From the human T2T-CHM13v2.0 reference genome, Homo sapiens: a stretch of 64,000 nt of DNA. Positions 26,950 to 40,100 of this stretch are shown piece by piece. The notes beneath the pieces were generated by a model that was not told the origin of the DNA, did no database searches, and worked only from the letters and a program-made list of their open reading frames with translations. Location: NCBI RefSeq assembly GCF_009914755.1, contig NC_060937.1, one strand, 5' to 3'. Both the position numbers and the translations under genes were made by a program. Numbering within the stretch: the stretch's first letter is position 1; the number at the start of each line of letters is the position of its first letter.

Positions 26950-29900
26950 ATTGAATTCCATTCCATTCCATTGCATTCCATTCGTGTTGATTCCATTGCA
27001 TTCCATTGCATTCCACTCCATTCCATTCCATTTCGTTCCATTCCAGTTGATTCCATTCCTTTCCATTCCATTCCATTGCATTCCATTCCATTCCATTCCT
27101 TTCCATTCCGTTCCATTCTACTCGGGTTGATTCCATTCCATTCCATTTCATTCCATTCGATTTCATTCCACTGGTGTTTATTCCATTCCACTCCATTCCA
27201 TTCCATTCCATTCCATTCGGGTTTATTCCATTTCATTCCATTCCATTCCATTCCATTGCATTGCATTCCTTTCCAATCTATTCCATTCCATTCCATTCAT
27301 TTGTGTTGATTCCATTCCATTCCATTCCATTCCATTCCACTCCATTACAATCCAATACATTCCACTCGGGTTGAATCCTTTCCATTCCATTCCAATGCAT
27401 TCCCTTCCATTCAATTCCACTCGGATTCAATCAATTCCATCCTATTCCATTCCGTTCTGTTCCACTCCATTCCATTGCATTCCATACCATTCCATTCCAC
27501 TCGGGTTGATTCCATTGAATTCCATCCCATTCCATTCCATTCCATTTTATTGCATTCCATGCCATTCCATTCCACTCGTGTTGATTGCATTCCATTCCAC
27601 TTGGGTTGATTCCATTCCTTTCCTTTCCATTGCATTCCATTCCATTCCATTCCATTCCATTCCATTCCATTCCGTTCCATTCCATTCGTGTTGATGCCAT
27701 TCCAATCCATACCACTCCATTCTATTCCATTCCATTCCGTTCCATTCCTTTCGTGTTGATTCCATTCCATTCCACTCCATTCCAATCCATTACATTCCAC
27801 TCGGGTTGAATCCATTCCTTTCCATTCCAATCCATTCCATTCCATTCAATTCCACATGGATTCAATCTATTCTTTCCATTCCATTCCGTTCTGTTCCATT
27901 CCAGTCCATTGCATTAGATACCGTTCCATTCCACTCGGGATGATTCCATTCAATTCCATAATATTCCGTTCAATTACATTGCATTCCATTCCATTCCATT
28001 CCACTCGGGTGGATTCCATTCCATTCTATTCCACTCTGGTTGATTCGATTCCGTTCCTTTTCATTTCACTCCATTCCATTCCATTCCATTCAATTCCATT
28101 GCATTTTACTCCATTCCATTCCATTACATTACATTCCATTCCACTCTGGTTGATTCCATTCCATTCCATTCAAATCAATTCCATTCCATTGCTTTCCAAG
28201 CCATTCCATTACATTCCATTCCACTCGGTTGATTCCATTCCATTCCATTCCAATCCATTCCATTCCATTTTATTCCATTCCATTGTATTCCATTCCACTC
28301 GGGGTGTTTCCATTGCATTCCAGTAATTTCCATTCCATTCCATTCCATTCCATTCCATTCCATTCCATTCCATTCCATTCCATTTGACTCAGGTTGATTC
28401 CGTTCCATTCCATTCCATTCCATTTCACTCCAGTTAATTCCATTGCATTCCATTCCGTTCCATTCCATTCCATTCCGTTCCATTCCACTCTGGTTGATTC
28501 CATTCCATTCCATTCCATTCCATTCCATTCCATTCCATTCCATTCCATTTGTGTTGATTCCATTCCATTCCATTCCACTCCATTCCAATCCATTACATTC
28601 CACTAGGATTGAATCCATTCCTTTCCATTCCAATCCATTCCATTCCTTTCCAATCCATTCTATTCCATTCAATTCCACTTGGATTCAATCATCTATTCTT
28701 TCCATTCCATTCCGTTCTGTTCCATTCCATTCCATTGCATTAGATACCATTCCATTCCACTAAGGATGATTCCATTCAATTCCATTATATTCCGTTCAAT
28801 TCCATTGCATTCCATTCCATTAGATTCTAGTCGGGTGGATTGCATTCCATTCCATGCCATTCCATTCCACTCGGGTTGATTCCATTCCGTTCCTTTCCAT
28901 TTCATTCCATTCCATTCCATTCCATTCCATTCCATTCCATTCCATTCCATTCCATTCCACTCCATTAAATTCCACTCCACTCTGGTTAATTCCATTCCAC
29001 TTCATTCCATTCCATTTCACTCGAGTTGATTCCATTCCATTCCATTCCATTTTATTCCATTCCATTCCGTTCCATTCCTTTCCATTCCATACCATTCCAC
29101 ACGGGTTGATTCCATACCATTCCATTGTATTCCATTCCATGAAATTCCATTCCATTCCACTCCACTCGGGTTGATTCCATTCCATTCCATTCCATTCCAT
29201 TCCTTTCCATGCCATTCCAATCCATTCCATTCCATTCCATTCCGGTTCATTCCATTCCATTCCATTCTTTCCATTCCATTCCATTCCAATCCATTCCATT
29301 CCTTTCCATTCCACTCCATCCCATTCCATTCCATTCCATTCCATTCCATTCCATTCCAATCCATTCCATTCCATTGCATTCTAATCCATTCCATTCCATT
29401 CCATTCCATTCCATTCCATTCTATTCCATTCCATTCGATTCCATTCCACTCGGGTTAATTCCATATCATTCCATTGCATTCCATTCCATTCCACTCGGGT
29501 TGATTCCATACCATTCCATTCCATTCATTCCTTTCCATTCCATTCCATTCATGTCGGGTTGATTCCATTCCATTCTTTCCATTCCATTCCATTCCTTTCC
29601 ATTCGAATCCTCTCTGGTTGATTCCGTTGCATTTCGTTCCTTTCCAATGCACTTGGGTTGATTCCATTCCATTCCATTCCATTCCATTCCATTCCATTCC
29701 ATTCCAGTCCATTCCATACCCTTCGGTTTCATTCCTTTCCTTTCCATTCCATTCCATAATATTCCACTCCATTCCATTCCATACTATTCCACTCCATTTC
29801 GTTCGGGTTGATTCCATTCCATTCCGTTCCATTCCATTCCATACTATTCAACTAGGGTTGATTCCATACCATTCCATTCCATTGCATTGCATTCCATTCC

Positions 29901-32900
29901 ATTCCACTCGGGTTGATTCCCTTCCATTCCATTCCAATCCATTCCATTCCATTCCATTCCACTCGGGTTGATTCCATGCCATTCCATTCCCTTCCATTCC
30001 ATTCCACTCCATTCCATTACTATCCATTCCACTCAGGTTAATTCCGTTCCATTCCATTCCAATCCATTCCATTCCATTGAATTCCATTGGGGTCCATTCC
30101 ATTCCATTCCATTCCGTTCCGTTCCGTTCCATTCCATTCAATTCCTTTCCATTGCAATCCGTACCATTCCATTCTATTCTATTCCATTCCATTCCATTCC
30201 ATGCCATTCCATTCCATTTGACTCAGGTTGTTTCCGTTCCATTCCATTCCATTCCCTTCCATTCCATTCCATTCCATTCCATTCCATTCCATTCCAGTTG
30301 ATTCAATTGCATTCCACTCGATTCCATTCCATTCCATTCCATTCCATTCCACTCGGGTTGATTCCATTCCATTCCATTCCATTCCATTCCATTCCATTCC
30401 ATTCCATTCCATTCCGTTACACTCAGGTTGATTCCTTTCCATTCCATTCCATTTTATTCCACTCCACTCGGGTTGATTCCATTCCATTCCATTCCATTCC
30501 ATTCCATTCCATTCGTGTTGATTCCATTCCATTCCATTCCATTCCACTCCATTCCATTCCATTCCACTCCATTACATTCCATTTCATTCCATTCCAGTTG
30601 ATTCCATTCCTTTCCATTCCATTCCATTCAATTCCATTCTACTCGGGTTGTTTTCATTCCAATCCATTTCATTCCATTCGATTTCATTCCACTGGTGTTT
30701 ATTCCATTCCACTCCATTCCATTCCATTCCATTCGGGTTTATTCCATTTAATTCCATTCCATTCTATTCCATTGCGTTCCATTCCTTTCCATTCTATTCC
30801 ATTCCATTCCATTCCATTCCATTTGTGTTGATTCCATTCCATTCCATTCCATTCCATACCACTCCATTCCAATCCATTACATTCCACTCGGGTTGAATCC
30901 TTTCCATTCCATTCCAATGCATTCCCTTCCATTCAATTCCACTCGGATTCAATCAATTCCATTCTATTCCATTCCGTTCTGTTCCACTCCATTCCATTGC
31001 ATTCCATACCATTCCATTCCACTGGGGTTGATTCCATTGAATTCCGTCCCATTCCATTCCATTCCATTCTATTGCATTCCATTCCATTCCATTCCACTCG
31101 TGTTGATTCCCTTCCATTCCATTCCATTCCATTCCACTTGGGTTGATTCCATTCCGTTCCTTTCCATTGCATTCCATTCCATTCCATTCCATTCCATTCC
31201 ATTCCATTCCATTCCATTCCTTTCCATTCTATTCGTGTTGATGCCATTCCAATCCATACCATTCCATTCCATTGCATTCCGTTCCGTTCCATTCCTTTCG
31301 TGTTGATTCCATACCATTCCATTCCACTCCATTCCAAACCATTACATTCCACTCGGATTGAATCCATTCCTTTCCATTCCAATCCATTCCATTCCTTTCC
31401 AATCCATTCCATTCCATTCAATTCCACATGGATTCTATCTATTCTTTCCATTCCATTCCGTTCTGTTCCATTCCAGTCCATTGCATTAGATACCGTTCCA
31501 TTCAACTTGGGATGATTCCATTCAATTCCATTATATTCCGTTCAATTCCATTGCATTCCATTCCATTCCATTCCACTCGGGTGGATTCCATTCCATTCCA
31601 TTCCATTCCATTCCACTCTGGTTGATTCCATTCCGTTCCTTTCCATTCCATTTCATTCCATTCCATTCCATTCCAATCCATTCCATTCCACTCCACTCCG
31701 GTTGATTCCATGCCATTCCATTCCATTCCATTCCATTCCATTCCATTCCATTCCACTCGGGTTGATTCCATTCCATTCCATTCCATTTTATTCCATTCCA
31801 TTACGTTCCATTCCATTCCATTACATACCATTCCACTCGGGTTGATTCGATACCATTCCATTCCATTCCACTCAGGTTGATTCCTTTCCATTCCATTCCA
31901 ATCCATTCCATTCCATTCCATTCCACTCCATTCCATTCCATTCCATTCCACTCCATTCCAATCCATTCCATTCCACTCGGGTTGATTCCATTTCATTCCA
32001 TTCCACTCCACTCGGGTTGATTCCATTCCAATCCATTCCCTTCCATTCCATTCCATTGCATTCCATTCCATTCCATTGCATTCCATTCCATTCCATTCCA
32101 CTCGTGTTGATTCCCTTCCATTCCATTCCATTCCATTCCACTTGGCTTGATTCCATTCCTTTCCTTTTCATTTCATTCCATACCATTCCATTCCATTCCA
32201 TTCCATTCCGTTCCATTCAATTTGTGTTGATTCCATTCCATTCCATTCCACTCCATTCCAATCCATTACATTCCACTAGGATTGAATCCATTCCTTTCCA
32301 TTCCAATCCATTCCATTCCTTTCCAGTCCATTCTATTCCATTCAATTCCACTTGGATTCAATCATCTATTCTTTCCATTCCGTTCCATTCTGTTCCATTC
32401 CATTCCATTGCATTAGATACCATTCCATTCCACTAGGGATGATTCCATTCAATTCCATTATATTGCGTTCAATTCCAATGCATTGCATTCCATTAGATTC
32501 TACTCGGTTGGATTGCATTCCATTCCATTCCATTCCATTCCATTCCACTCGGGTTGATTCCATTCCGTTCCTTTCCATTTCATTTCATTCCATTCCATTC
32601 CATTCCATTCCATTCCACTCCATTAAATTCCACTCCACTCCGGTTAATTCCATTCCACTTCATTCCATTCCATTTCACTCGAGTTGATTCCATTCCATTC
32701 CATTCCATTTTATTCCATTCCATTCCGTTCCATTCCTTTCCATTCCATACCATTCCACACGGGTTGATTCCATACCATTCCATTGCATTCCATTCCATGA
32801 AATTCCATTCCATTCCACTCCACTCGGGTTGATTCCATTCCATTCCATTCCATTCCATTCCTTTCCATGCCATTCCAATCCATTCCATTCCATTCCATTC

Positions 32901-34100
32901 CGGTTCATTCCATTCCATTCCATTCTTTCCATTCCATTCCTTTCCATTCCATTCCATCCCATTCCATTCCATTCCATTCCATTCCATTCCATTGCATTCC
33001 AATCCATTCCATTCCATTCCATTCCCTTCCATTCCATTCTATTCCATTCCATTTGATTCCATTCCACTCGGGTTAATTCCATATCATTCCATTCCATTCC
33101 ATTCCATTCCACTCGGGTTGATTCCATACCATTCCATTCCATTCATTCCTTTCCATTCCATTCCATTCATGTCGGGTTGATTCCATTCCATTCTTTCCAT
33201 TCCATTCCATTCCTTTCCATTCCAATCCTCTCGGGTTGATTCCGTTGCATTTCGTTCCTTTCCAATGCACTTGGGTTGATTCCATTCCATTGCATTCCAT
33301 TCCATTCCATTCCATTCCAGTCCATTCCATACCCTTCGGTTTCATTCCTTTCCATTCCATTCCATTCCATAATATTCCACTCCATTCCATTCCATACTAT
33401 TCCACTCCATTCCGTTCGGGTTGATTCCATTCCATTCCGTTCCATTCCATTCCATACTATTCAACTAGGGTTGATTCCATACCATTCCATTCCATTGCAT
33501 TGCATTCCATTCCATTCCACTCGGGTTGATTCCCTTCCATTCCATTCCAATCCATTCCATTCCATTCCATTCCATTCCATTCCATTCCACTCGGGTTGAT
33601 TCCATGCCATTCCATTCCCTTCCATTCCATTCCACTCCATTCCATTACTATCCATTCCACTCAGGTTAATTCCGTTCCATTCCATTCCAATCCATTCGAT
33701 TCCATTCAATTCCATTGGGGTCCATTCCATTCCATTCCATTCCGTTCCGTTCCGTTCCATTCCATTCAATTCCTTTCCATTGCAATCCGTACCATTCCAT
33801 TCTATTCTATTCCATTCCATTCCATTCCATTCCATTCCATTCCATTTGACTCAGGTTGATTCCGTTCCATTCCATTCTATTCCCTTCCATTCCATTCCAT
33901 TCCATTCCATTCCATTCCATGCCAGTTGATTCAATTGCATTCCACTCCATTCCATTCCATTCCATTCCATTCCATTCCATTCCACTCGGGTTGATTCCAT
34001 TCCATTCCATTCCTTTCCATTCCATTCCATTCCGTTACACTCAGGTTGATTCCATTCCATTCCATTCCATTTTTTTCCACTCCACTCGGGTTGATTCCAT
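26950..34100 (+). repeat. ~3.5-3.7 kb tandem higher-order repeat (two diverged copies)
   Basis: Paired ORFs/motifs: 27371/30893 (3522), 27856/31428 (3572), 28679/32352 (3673), 29171/32829 (3658), 29848/33461 (3613). CATGTCGGGTTG occurs at ~29550 and ~33168. Confidence 0.82.
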
Positions 34101-37100
34101 TCCATTCCATTCCATTCCAGTTGATTCCATTCAATTCCATTCCATTCCATTCCATTCCATTCCATTCAGGTTGATTCAGTTCCTTTCCATTCCATTCCAT
34201 TGCATTCCATTCCAGTTGATTCCATTGCATTGCATTCCATTCAATTGCATTCCATTCCATTCCATTCCATTCGGGTTGATTCCATTCCATTCCATTCCAT
34301 TCAATTCCATTCCATTCCACTCCATTCCATTATACTCCATTGCACTCTGGTTGATTCCATTCCATTCCATTCCAATCCATTCCATTCCATTCCATTCCAT
34401 TCAGGTTCATTCCATTCCATTCCGTTCCGTTCCATTCCATTCCATTCCATTCCAATCCATTCCATTGCATTCCACTCGGGTTGATTCCATTCCATTCCAT
34501 TCCATTCCATTCGGGTTGATTCCTTTCCATTCAATTCCATTCCATACCATTCGATTCCATTCCGTTCCATTCTATTCGTTTTGATTCTATTCCATTCCAT
34601 TCCATTCCATTCCACTCCATCCCTAACCATTACATTCCATTCGGGTGAATCCATTCGATTGCATTCCAATCCCTTCCATTCCATTCCAATCCATTCCATT
34701 CCATTCAATTCCACTCGGATTCAGTCTATTCCATTCCATTCCATTCCCTTATGTTCCATTGCATTCCATACCATTCCATTCCACTCAGCATGATTCCATT
34801 CCATTCCATTCCATTCTGTTCCATTCCATCGCATTCCATTCCATTCCATTCCACGCAGGTTGATTCCATTCCATTCCATTCTGTTCCATTCCACTCGGGG
34901 TGATTCCTTTCCGTTCCTTTCCATTTCATTCCATTCCATTCCATTCCATTCAATACCACTCCATTCCATTCTATTCCACTCCCGTTGATTCCTTTCCATT
35001 CCATTCCATTCCATTTCACTCGGGTTGATTCCATTCCATTACTTTCCATTTTATTCCATTCCATTCCGTTCTATTCCATTCCATTCCATACCATTCCACT
35101 CGGGTTCATTCCATACCATTCCATTCCATTCCATTCCATTCCATTCCATTCCATTCCATTCCATTCCATTTAGGTCGATTCCATTCCCATCCATTCCATT
35201 CCATTCCATTCCATTCCATTGCATTCCACTCCATTCCATTACATTCCATTCCATTCCACTCTGGTTGATTCCATTCCATTCCATTCCAATCAATTCCATT
35301 CCATTGCTTTCCAAGCCATTTCATTACATTCCATTCCACTCGGGTTGATTCCATTCCATTCCATTCCAATCCATTCCATTCCATTTCATTCCATTCCATT
35401 GTTTTCCATTCCAATTGGGTTGTTTCCATTCCATTCCAGTCATTTCCATTCCATTCCATTCAATTCCATTCCATTCCATTCAATTCCATTCCATTCCATT
35501 CCATTCAATTTGACTCAGGTTGATTCCGTTCCATTCCATTCCATTCCATTTCATTCCAGTTGATTCCATTGCATTCCATTCCTTTCCATTCCATTCCATT
35601 CCGTTCCATTCATCTCCGGTAGATTCCATTCCATTCCATTCCATTCCATTCCATTCCATTCCATTCCATTCCGTTCCACTCAGGTTGATTCCCTTCCATT
35701 CCATTCCATTTTATTCCACTCCACTCGGGTTGATTCCATTCCATTCCATTCCATTCCATTCCATTCCATTCCATTCGTGTTGATTCCATTCCATTCCATT
35801 CCATTCCATTCCACTCCATTCCATTCCATTTCATTCCCTTCCCGTTGATTCCATTCCTTTCCATTTCATTCCATTCGATTTCATTCCACTGGTGTTTATT
35901 CCATTCCACTCCATTCCATTCCATTCCATTCGGGTTTATTCCATTTCATTCCATTCCATTCTATTCCATTGCATTCCATTCCTTTCCATTCTATTCCATT
36001 CCATTCCATTCCATTTGTGTTGATTCCATTCCATTCCATTCCATTCCATACCACTCCATTCCAATCCATTACATTCCACTCGGGTTAAATCCTTTCCTTT
36101 CCATTCCAATGCATTCAGTTCCATTCAATTCCACTCGGATTCAATCAATTCCATTCTATTCCATTCCGTTCTGTTTCACTCCATTCGATTGCATTCCATA
36201 CCATTCCATTCCTCTCGGGTTGATTCCATTGAATTCCATCCCATTCCATTCCTTTCCATTCTATTGCATTCCATTCCATTCCATTCCACTCGTGTTGATT
36301 CCCTTCCATTCCATTAGATTCCATTCCACTTGGGTTGATTCCATTCCGTTCCTTTCCATTGCATTCCATTCCATTCCATTCCAATCCATTCCATTCCATT
36401 CCATTCCATTCCATTCCATTCCATTCCATTCCATTCCTTTCCATTCCATTCGTGTTGATGCCATTCCAATCCATACCATTCCATTCCATTACATTCTGTT
36501 CCGTTCCATTACTATCGTGTTGATTCCATACCATTCCATTCCATTCCATTCCAATCCATTACATTCCACTCGTGTTGAATCCATTCCTTTCCATTCCAAT
36601 CCATTCCATTCCTTTCCAATCCATTCCATTCCATTCAATTCCACATGGATTCTGTCTATTCTTTCCAATCCATTCCGTTCTGTTGCATTCCAGTCCATTG
36701 CATTAGATACCATTCCATTCCACTTGGGATGATTCCATTCAATTCCATTATATTCCGTTCAATTCCATTGCATTCCATTCCATTCCATTCCACTCGGGTG
36801 CATTCCATTCCATTCTATTCCATTCCATTCCACTCTGGTTCATTCCATTCCATTCCTTTCCATTCCATTTCATTCCATTCCATTCCATTCCATTCCATTC
36901 CATTCCATTCCATTCCATTCCATTCCATTCCACTCGGGTTGATTCCATTCCATTCCATTCCATTTTACTCCATTCCAGTCCGTTCCATTCCATTCCATGT
37001 CATACCATTCCACTCGGGTTGATTCCATACCATTCCATTCCATTCCACTGGGGTTGATTCCTTTCCATTCCATTCCATTCTATTCCATTCCATTCCATTC

Positions 37101-40100
37101 CATTCCACTGCATTCCATTGCATTCCATTCCACTCCATTCCAATCCATTACATTCCACTCGGGTTGATTCCATTCCATTCCACTCCATTCCATTCCGTTC
37201 CACTCAGGTTGATTCCTTTCCATTCCATTTCATTTTATTCCACTCCACTCGGGTTGATTCCTTTCCATTCCATTCCATTCCATACCATTCCATTCTATTG
37301 CATTCCATTCCATTCCATTCCATTCCATTCCATTCCATTCCACTCCATTCCAATCCATTACATTCCACTCGGGTTGAATCCTTTCCATTCCATTCCAATG
37401 CATTCCCTTCCATTCAATTCCACTCAGATTCAATCAATTCCATTCTATTCCATTCCGTTCCGTTCCACTCCATTCCATTGCATTCCATACCATTCCATTC
37501 CACTCGGGTTGATTCCATTGAATTCCATCCCATTCCATTCCATTCCATTCTATTGCATTCCATTCCATTCCATTCCACTCGTGTTGATTCCCTTCCATTC
37601 CAATCCATTCTATTCCACTTGGGTTGATTCCATTCCGTTCCTTTCCATTGCATTCCATTCCATTCCATTCCATTCGTGTTGATGCCATTCCAATCCATAC
37701 CATTCCATTCCATTCCATTCCATTCCGTTCCATTCCTTTCGTGTTGATTCCATTCCATTCCATTCCACTCCACTCCAATCCATTACATTCCACTCGGGTT
37801 GAATCCATTCCTTTCCATTCCAATCCATTCCATTCCTTTCCAATCCATTCCATTCCATTCAATTCCACATGGATTCAATCTATTCTTTCCATTCCATTCC
37901 GTTCTGTTCCATTCCAGTCCATTGCATTAGATACCATTCCATTCCACTCGGGATGATTCCATTCAATTCCATTATTCTCCGTTCAATTCCATTGCATTCC
38001 ATTCCATTCCATTCCACTCGGGATGATTCCATTCAATTCCATTATTTTCCATTCCATTCCATTCTATTCCATTCTATTCCATTCCATTCCACTCTGGTTG
38101 ATTCCATTCCATTCCTTTCCATTTCACTCCATTCCATTCCATTCCATTCCATTCCATTCCATTCCATTCCATTCCATTGCATTCCATTCGTGTTGATTCC
38201 ATTGCATTCCATTCCATTCGACTCCATTCCATTGCATTCCATTCCATTGCACTCCATTCCATTGCATTTCATTCCATTACAGTTAATTCCATTCCTTTCC
38301 ATTCCATTCCATTCCGTTCCATTCTACTCGGGTTGATTCCACTCCATTCCATTTCATTCCATTCGATTTCATTCCACTGGTGTTTATTCCATTCCACTCC
38401 ATTCCATTCCATTCCATTCGGGTTTATTGCATTTCATTCCATTCCATTCCATTCCGTTGCATTCCATTCCTTTCCATTCTATTCCATTCCATTCCATTCC
38501 ATTTGTGTTGATTCCATTCCATTCCATTCCATTCCATTCCATTCCATTCCACTCCATTCCAATCCATTACATTCCACTCGGGTTGAATCCTTTCCATTCC
38601 ATTCCAATGCATTCCCTTCCATTCAATTCCACTCGGATTCAATCAATTCCATTCTATTCCATTCCGTTCTGTTCCACTCCATTCCATTGCATTCCATACC
38701 ATTCCATTCCACTCGGGTTGATTCCATTGAATTCCATCCCATTCCATTCCATTCCATTCCATTCTATTGCATTCCATTCCATTCCATTCCACTCGTGTTG
38801 ATTCCCTTCCATTCCATTCCATTCCATTCCTCTTGGGTTGATTCCATTCCATTCCTTTCCTTTGCATTCCATTCCATTCCATTCCATTCCATTCCATTCC
38901 ATTCCATTCCTTTCCATTCCATTCGTGTTGATGCCTTTCCAATCTATACCATTCAATTCCATTGCATTCCATTCCGTTCCATTCCTTTCGTGTTGATTCC
39001 ATTCCATTCCATTCCACTCCATTCCAATCCATTATATTCCACTCGGGTTGAATCCATTCCTTTCCATTCCAATCCATTCCATTCCTTTCCAATCCATTCC
39101 ATTCCATTCAATTCCACACGGATTCAATCTATTCTTTCCATTCCATTCCATTCTGTTCCGTTCCAGTCCATTGCATTAGATACCATTCCATTCCACTCGG
39201 GATGATTCCATTCAATTCCATTATATTCCGTTCAATTCCATTGCATGCCATTCCATTCCATTCCATTCCATTCCACTCTGGTTCGTTCCATTCCGTTCCA
39301 TTCCATTCCATTCCATTCCATTCCATTCCATTCCATTCCAATCCATTCCATTCCACTCCACTCTGGTTGATTCCATTCCATTCCATTCCATTCCATTCCA
39401 TTCCATTCCATTCCATTCCATTCCACTCGGGTTGATTCCATTCCATTCCATTCCATTTTATTCCATTCCATTCCATTCCATTTTATTCCATTCCATTCCA
39501 TTCCATTTTATTCCATTCCATTCCGTTCCATTCAATTCCATTCCTTACCATTCCACTCGTGTTGATTCCATACCATTCCATTCCATTCCACTCGGGTTGA
39601 TTCCTTTCCATTCCATTCCATTCCATTCCACTTCATTCCATTCCATTCCATTCCATTCCACTTGGGTTGATTCCATTCCGTTCCTTTCCATTGCATTCCA
39701 TTCCATTCCATTCCATTCCATTCCATTCCATTCCATTCCACTCCATTAAATTCCACTCCACTCCGGTTAATTCCATTCCACTTCATTCCATTCCATTTCA
39801 CTCGAGTTGATTCCATTCCATTCCATTCCATTTTATTCCATTCCATTCCGTTCCATTCCTTTCCATTCCATACCATTCCACACGGGTTGATTCCATACCA
39901 TTCCATTGCATTCCATTCCATGAAATTCCATTCCATTCCACTCCAGTCGGGTTGATTCCATTCCATTCCATTCCATTCCATTCCATTCCATTCCATTTCA
40001 TTCCTTTCCATGCCATTCCAATCCATTCCATTCCATTCCATTCTGGTTCATTCCATTCCATTCCATTCCTTTCCATTCCATTCCATTCCAATCCATTCCA

